Position numbers and translations under genes: made by a program. The notes under the pieces were generated by a model. That model did not search any database. It was not told where the DNA came from and saw only the letters and a program-made list of their open reading frames with translations. Shown here in pieces: positions 58,534-64,000 of a DNA stretch of 64,000 bases; position 1 is the first letter of the stretch, and each line of letters starts with the position of its first letter. Source of the DNA: Actinomycetota bacterium (GTDB lineage Bacteria > Actinomycetota > Aquicultoria > Subteraquimicrobiales > Subteraquimicrobiaceae); contig JASEGB010000008.1 of assembly GCA_030018275.1 (NCBI GenBank), forward strand, positions 6,353 to 70,352. The letters run 5' to 3'.

Positions 58534-59870
58534 CTAACTCTCCTTTCTAAATCTACAAACAAATAAACCATCGGTTCCATGCCTATGGGGCAAGAGCTGA
58601 ATGAATTTAAGAGGCATTTCAGCCCTTAAGGAGGGAGGAAAGAAAGAGGAGATATCCTCAAGGGAAAATTCAGGATGCTTTTTCAAGAATTCCTTCGCCA
58701 CCTGCTCACTTTCCCTCTTCGAGATGGTACACACGGAGTACACCAGCACCCCCTTTCTTTTAAAAATTTTGAAGCCGAATCCAACAGTCTCGATTGTAGA
58801 AGGGAAAGTTCATCAATCTGCCGAGGAGTTTTCCGCCATCTAGCATCGGGTCGCCTGGCTAAGCCACCCAATCCCGAGCAAGGGGCATCCACCAAGACTC
58901 TATCCACGGGTGATTCCACAATCTCTCCAAGCCTTGTGGAATCACCTTGAATGATTTGGACGTTTTTGATACCTAAGCGTGAGCAATTATCCCTAACCAA
59001 TCCTAAGCGATTTTGATGGATGTCCACGGCGATTATCCTTCCCTCATTCCCCATTAACTGAGCAAGGTGAGTGGTCTTTCCTCCCGGGGCTGCACAAGTA
59101 TTTAAAATAACCTCCCCGGGTTTGAGGTCTACTATATGACCAACCAAGATGGAACTCTCATCCTGTAATAAGAATAGCCCTTCTCTGAATTCTGTGAGCT
59201 CGGTTACACTCCCCATATCCTCGACAATCAGGGCTTCGGGCAACCAACTTGAGCTAATTTTAAGTCCTTCACTTTCAAGGCGACGAGCCAAATTTGAGAG
59301 GGAAATTTTGAGGGTGTTCACTCGAATAACCATTCGAGGGCGAACATCATTTGTTTGGCACAGTAAAGCGGTCTCCTCAAAACCGAAATCCCTTACCTAC
59401 ATCTCTACAATCCAGCACGGGTGGGAATGCTTAAAGGAGATATACCCAATGGGTCATCTTGGTGGTCGGGCCAGGGAAGTTTTTCCCTGCCTCGAATGAC
59501 CCTGTGCAGGATCGCATTGACGAAACTCCCCATAGCGGGGTGAAAGTATTTCTTGGCTAATTCGACAGTTTCGTTGCAGAAGGCGTGATTGGGAATCTTA
59601 TCGAGGTAAAGAATTTGATAACAACCAAGCCTAAGGATATCCAAGGCTTTCTCTTGAATCTTGCTCGGCTTTGGCGGGTAAAAGCGGGTTAAAATCCAAT
59701 CCAAAGTGCCTTCATTTCTAAGGGTTCCGCACGAGTTCAGCAACTAGAGCTCTGTCGCGCTTTGATAGATCACTTTCCGCCAAAAGTCTGGAGAGAACGA
59801 GATTGGCATAACTCCCAGTCTCATGAACCCTGCATATTGCCTCCAAAGCCACTTCCCTCGCAGTTTTCAT
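58534..59870 (-). pseudogene. rsmB: 16S rRNA m5C967 methyltransferase (Sun/RsmB), broken
   Basis: ATG 59870 overlaps the fmt stop; NusB-like part, CAAPGGKT, DAPCSG, YSVCT in different frames; at least 3 frameshifts (~59730, ~59440, ~58750) and a TAG at a Trp-like position (~59398). Confidence 0.9.
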
Positions 59871-60829
59871 GCAATTCGCCTCTCGAGTTTCTCTCCAGCT
59901 TCTACTCTATATCCCCTGCAGAATTCAGCAGCGATCATCCTTCTCCTGCCTTCGGGTTGAACTTCGACCATGAGAAGTTGGCCCCGTCCACAAGCAACTA
60001 TAAAACCTTTGTTGGCATCGACATCGATGATCATTCCCGGTTCACGGATCGATATCTGAAATTTGGCATCTGGCATCACTTCTGCCCACCAAATTTTAAG
60101 CCTCTTACCTTTATAAAAGGTGAAAGCACCTAGGGAAGGATTCAAAGCTCTAATGAGATTCCTTATTCCATCTGCGGGAAGAGCCCAGTCTATTATCATT
60201 TCATCTTTTTCTATTTTGGGAGCATAGGTTGCATTCTTGTGATCTTGCTTAATGGGGGTAATGGCTCCCTTCGATAACCCTTCAATGGTCGATAAGAGTA
60301 ACTCCGCTCCTAGCTTGGAAAGTTTATCCTCCAAGTTTCCCGAGGTATCGTCGGGGGAAATTGGAATGGCAGATTGCAAAAGGATGTCCCCAGTATCCAA
60401 ACCTTGATCCATGAGCATCGTGGTGATACCCGTCATCGTGCAACCATCAAGGATCGCCCTTTGGATGGGAGCAGCCCCCCTATACCTAGGGAGAAGAGAG
60501 GCATGAACATTGACACAACCATACCTGGGCAACTCGATCAACCAATTGGGTATGATCTTCCCATAAGCCACTACCACGATGATATCGGGCTTTAACAAGC
60601 TAATTTCCCTTCGCACTTCATCACTTCTCAAGGTCTCAGGTTGAAAAACGGGGATTCCATGTCGGAGGGCAAATTCTTTCAGAGGAGGTGGGGTGGGTTT
60701 CAAGCTCCTTCCCTTGGGACGATCCGGCTGAGTAACAACGGTAACTATTCCATAACCAGCCTTGAGGAGAACTTCGAGACTAGGGATTGCGAAGTGCGGA
60801 GTTCCCATGAATAATACTCTCATAATCAT
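59867..60829 (-). CDS. fmt: Methionyl-tRNA formyltransferase
   Basis: FMGTP.FA, TQPDRP.GR, NVHASLLPRYRGAAP, LDTGD. Confidence 0.97.
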   Translation of the reverse strand: MIMRVLFMGTPHFAIPSLEVLLKAGYGIVTVVTQPDRPKGRSLKPTPPPLKEFALRHGIPVFQPETLRSDEVRREISLLKPDIIVVVAYGKIIPNWLIELPRYGCVNVHASLLPRYRGAAPIQRAILDGCTMTGITTMLMDQGLDTGDILLQSAIPISPDDTSGNLEDKLSKLGAELLLSTIEGLSKGAITPIKQDHKNATYAPKIEKDEMIIDWALPADGIRNLIRALNPSLGAFTFYKGKRLKIWWAEVMPDAKFQISIREPGMIIDVDANKGFIVACGRGQLLMVEVQPEGRRRMIAAEFCRGYRVEAGEKLERRIA

Positions 60830-60881
60830 CTATCACCCCAAATTTCATTAATTAAGCAAGAATTAAGTCGAGCAAGTTAAA

Positions 60882-61376
60882 TTACTGAATACGAATATAT
60901 TGGCTTATCTGTTGCAGAGCCTTTTGACGCTCGCTTTTACTTGCCCGGTCAAGGATGAGTATCCCATCAAGATGATCGACCTCGTGCTGAATAATCCTGG
61001 CCTGCAACCCTTCCATGGATAACTCCAGTCCCTTTCCTTGAGGACTAAGGGCTTTAACCTTAATCTTTTGGGGGCGGCTTATGAGAATTCTGACACCCGG
61101 AAGACTTAGGCAGCCTTCCTCCTGCACCTCAGTTTCCTTACTTCGCCAAATAATTTGAGGATTGATGTAAACGGATGGCCCATCACCTAAGTCAGAGACT
61201 ATAACCCGCTTTAAAATCCCTATTTGAGGAGCAGCCAGTCCCATTCCAGGAGCATTGTGCAATGTATCGATGAGATTCTTCGCCAGCTTTTTGACCTCTT
61301 GATCGATTTTTTCTATGGGAAATGCCTTTTCCCGTAGCACGGGATCACCAAACTTCCTAATTTCCAGAACCGCCAC
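60882..61376 (-). CDS. def: Peptide deformylase
   Basis: GMGLAAPQIG, EGCLS, QHEVDHL. Confidence 0.97.
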   Translation of the reverse strand: MAVLEIRKFGDPVLREKAFPIEKIDQEVKKLAKNLIDTLHNAPGMGLAAPQIGILKRVIVSDLGDGPSVYINPQIIWRSKETEVQEEGCLSLPGVRILISRPQKIKVKALSPQGKGLELSMEGLQARIIQHEVDHLDGILILDRASKSERQKALQQISQYIRIQ

Positions 61377-61487
61377 CTATGCTCACCTCAAAGTCCGATC
61401 TCTTAATCGACCACGCAATCACCCGTTTAGGCTGTAGCCAAAAGTGAAATTATCTTTTTACTCCCAACTCCTCACTACCGACTAAAT

Positions 61488-63956
61488 TTAGAGTAGCCAC
61501 ACGGGATCCACATCTATGAATAGGGTCACATCTTTGGAATATTTCTCCGGTAATAATCGTTTGTGATTTTCCTTAAGAAAAGTCTTAACGGCACGAGGAT
61601 TTGATATCTTAAGGACAATGTGCCATCTATATTTATTTCCCAGCTTCTGAAGAGGGGCGGGTGCTGGACCGAGGAGATCAAAAAGACCGTCGAGTTTGCT
61701 TTGGAGAAACCTTCCAATGCTTAATGCTACTTCCCTTGCCCTCCTTTCATCCCTTGCCGATATCAGAATGTTAATCAATTCGCAGAAGGGAGGATATTTT
61801 AACTCCTTCCTCAAACTTATCTCTTTCAGGTAAAAGGAATCGTAATTTCCTCGGAGCATCGCCTTAATGGCATAATTTTCGGGACAATATGTTTGAACGA
61901 CCACGGTTCCGGGTCGTTGTCCTCTACCAGCTCTTCCACCAACCTGCATTAATAGTTGAAAAGTTCGCTCCGCTGCCCTGAAATCTGGGAGATTAAGAGC
62001 GGTATCCGCATTTATGATTCCTACCAAGGTGACCTCAGGAAAATCGAGTCCCTTGGCGATCATCTGAGTACCCAGGAGCACTCCCACCCTCTCTTCCTTA
62101 AACTCAATCAACCTGCGCCGATGGGCACCTCTTCGAACCGTAGTATCAGCATCCATCCTGATTATGGGCAAATCTGGAAATAAATTTTTGAGTTCGCTTT
62201 CAACCCTCTGAGTTCCAACGCCGAAATAGCGAATCCGATGACCCTTACATTTAGAACAGACACAAGGAGCGGGTCTTACATAACCACAGTGGTGGCACTT
62301 TAAAACCCTCTTATCCTGATGATAAGTCAGCGAAACGGCACATCTTTTACATTTTATCACCAAACCGCAATCCCTGCACAGCAGAAAACCGCAGTAACCT
62401 CGTCTATTCAAGAATAATATCATTTTCCCTCTGGAATTGATACATTCCTTCATCCGTTCGCGTAGAGTTGAACTGAATATGCCTTTATTGATTTCCCTCC
62501 TCATATCCACCAGCTGTATACCTGGCAATGGTCTGTTCTCAATGCGTCTGGTCAAATAAATTAGTTCATACTCTCCCCTTTCCGCTTTGAACTTGCTCTC
62601 CACTGATGGAGTAGCGCTTCCCAAAATCACACAAGCGTTGTTCAACTGAGCTCGTTTTAATGCTACATCTCGGGCATGATATCTAGGATTTCGATTTTGC
62701 TTATAGGTGCTCTCATGCTCTTCATCCACAACAATCAATCCCAAATTGCTTACGGGGGCAAACAATGCTGAGCGAGCACCCACTACCACCTTATAACGTC
62801 CTTCCCTGACCCTTCTCCACTGGTCAAATCTCTCACCCAAACCCAATCCACTGTGGAGAATGGCCACGATCTCACCAAACCTTGAGCGGAAACGATGCAC
62901 CATTTGTGGGGTGAGAGCAATCTCTGGGACCAAGACGATGGCGGTCTTTCCTTTCTTGAGGATGTGGGAGATGGCTTGAAGATAGATTTCCGTCTTTCCA
63001 CTTCCGGTGACACCTTGTAAGAGAAAAACGGAGGGTGCTTCTCCATCGATTGATTCCGTGATCCTTTGAAGAGCCTCGGCTTGCTCGCAGGTCAAAGTGG
63101 AAGGAGTTTGAAAATTTTCGGGATAATAAAAATCTGCATCTCGAAATGTTGGATGATCGAAAATCTTCACAATTCCCTTACCCACGAGCGATTTTAGGGA
63201 GGTATAAGAAGCATCCACCAAGGATAGCAACTCGTGGACGGGCATTTTGGGTTCTTCCGAAAGGACCTCCAATATTCTTTGCTGCTTGGGTGCTTTAGTA
63301 GTTAAAGATCTAGCTACCGTTTCAGCTTCCTGACTGGATAAATTGAGCCGAATATACCGTTCTTTTTTGACATCAACCCTGGGTTGCGATATCCAATATT
63401 TCTTGAGAATAAACTTTTTCCCCTCTAGCTCTTTTAAAGCCGAGGAGATTTTCCCGCCACATGATTTCTTTAACGCCCGAAGTGAAATTTTTCCTCCAAG
63501 GACTGCCATCTTACGAAGAATTTCCCGCTGTCTAGGAGCTGTGGGTGAGATTTGCTTTAGCAGGTCTACGAGTTTACCATTGAGGATTATCTCTTGAGAG
63601 AGTTTACGCCCCCTCCCAGGTGGGAAGGCGAGCTTAAGAGCTTCTCCTAGCGTGCAGAGATAATGGTCAGCGATCCATTGGCAAAGTTTGATCATCTCTT
63701 CACTGAAAACTGGGGTCTCGTCCAAGATATCTATTATGGAACTGAGATGGGAAACGGTGGATTTGGATTTGAAACCCACTACGTAACCAATTTTAAGACT
63801 CGGACCGAAGGGAACTAACACCATTGATCCAATGCAAATTCTGGAGGATAGCTCGGCTGGAATTAAATACTCGAAGGGATGATCCACTTCATGAGGGGGA
63901 ATATCTACGATTATTTCGGCGTATTTTTTATCCTTCAAAGTAAATTTTTCGAACAT
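61488..63956 (-). CDS. priA: Primosomal protein N'
   Basis: GVTGSGKT, DEEH, four CxxC pairs, GTQMIAKGLDF, QVGGRAGR. Confidence 0.97.
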   Translation of the reverse strand: MFEKFTLKDKKYAEIIVDIPPHEVDHPFEYLIPAELSSRICIGSMVLVPFGPSLKIGYVVGFKSKSTVSHLSSIIDILDETPVFSEEMIKLCQWIADHYLCTLGEALKLAFPPGRGRKLSQEIILNGKLVDLLKQISPTAPRQREILRKMAVLGGKISLRALKKSCGGKISSALKELEGKKFILKKYWISQPRVDVKKERYIRLNLSSQEAETVARSLTTKAPKQQRILEVLSEEPKMPVHELLSLVDASYTSLKSLVGKGIVKIFDHPTFRDADFYYPENFQTPSTLTCEQAEALQRITESIDGEAPSVFLLQGVTGSGKTEIYLQAISHILKKGKTAIVLVPEIALTPQMVHRFRSRFGEIVAILHSGLGLGERFDQWRRVREGRYKVVVGARSALFAPVSNLGLIVVDEEHESTYKQNRNPRYHARDVALKRAQLNNACVILGSATPSVESKFKAERGEYELIYLTRRIENRPLPGIQLVDMRREINKGIFSSTLRERMKECINSRGKMILFLNRRGYCGFLLCRDCGLVIKCKRCAVSLTYHQDKRVLKCHHCGYVRPAPCVCSKCKGHRIRYFGVGTQRVESELKNLFPDLPIIRMDADTTVRRGAHRRRLIEFKEERVGVLLGTQMIAKGLDFPEVTLVGIINADTALNLPDFRAAERTFQLLMQVGGRAGRGQRPGTVVVQTYCPENYAIKAMLRGNYDSFYLKEISLRKELKYPPFCELINILISARDERRAREVALSIGRFLQSKLDGLFDLLGPAPAPLQKLGNKYRWHIVLKISNPRAVKTFLKENHKRLLPEKYSKDVTLFIDVDPVWLL

Positions 63957-64000
63957 ATGTTCTCACTTCTTCATTATAGGGGAAAGGTAGCAAAGGTCAA

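Noticed and set aside
59395-59400. In-frame TAG in rsmB as pyrrolysine or read-through
   Set aside because: It falls at a Trp-like position (TGG to TAG) and is surrounded by frameshifts; ordinary pseudogenisation explains it.
6509-63597. The many antisense or nested ORFs in the track (e.g. 6538-7182, 10675-11250, 53618-54166)
   Set aside because: They are shadows of well-supported genes on the opposite strand or frame, with no motifs or RBS.
1-64000. CRISPR array or cas operon
   Set aside because: No regularly spaced direct repeats with unique spacers; the only Cas4-like gene (28120-28893) is standalone.

Overview
A gene-dense bacterial chromosomal window, mostly on the minus strand. The housekeeping backbone runs priA-def-fmt-rsmB(pseudogene)-rpe, an FMN-riboswitch rib operon, gltX with tRNA-Gln and tRNA-Glu, a TPP-riboswitch thi operon (thi4-thiE-thiC-thiL-thiD), recG-rsmD-coaD-yceD-rpmF, a type II fatty-acid cluster (plsX-fabH-fabK-fabD-fabG-acpP-fabF), then rnc-smc-ftsY. 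Gene content and order suggest an anaerobe from a deep-branching Gram-positive lineage, possibly an uncultured Actinomycetota class (inference only). An accessory stretch at about 24-48 kb holds a mini IS481, TA modules, GTAG-type REP palindromes, several pseudogenes and a probable island at tRNA-Arg(CCG). Best leads: (1) a SAM-methyltransferase + PaaK-like adenylating enzyme + 7TM-GAF-GAF-HD-GYP cassette that looks like a small-molecule signal synthase and receptor; (2) an SMC with no recognisable hinge domain; (3) a ~150-nt structured, IS110-end-like RNA directly upstream of a RecB/Cas4-like nuclease; (4) an FMN riboswitch with hairpins inserted in both T-loops; (5) rnc with no in-frame canonical start for its conserved N-terminus. 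No CRISPR array or rRNA was seen. All family calls come from motif recognition by eye; no database searches were run.
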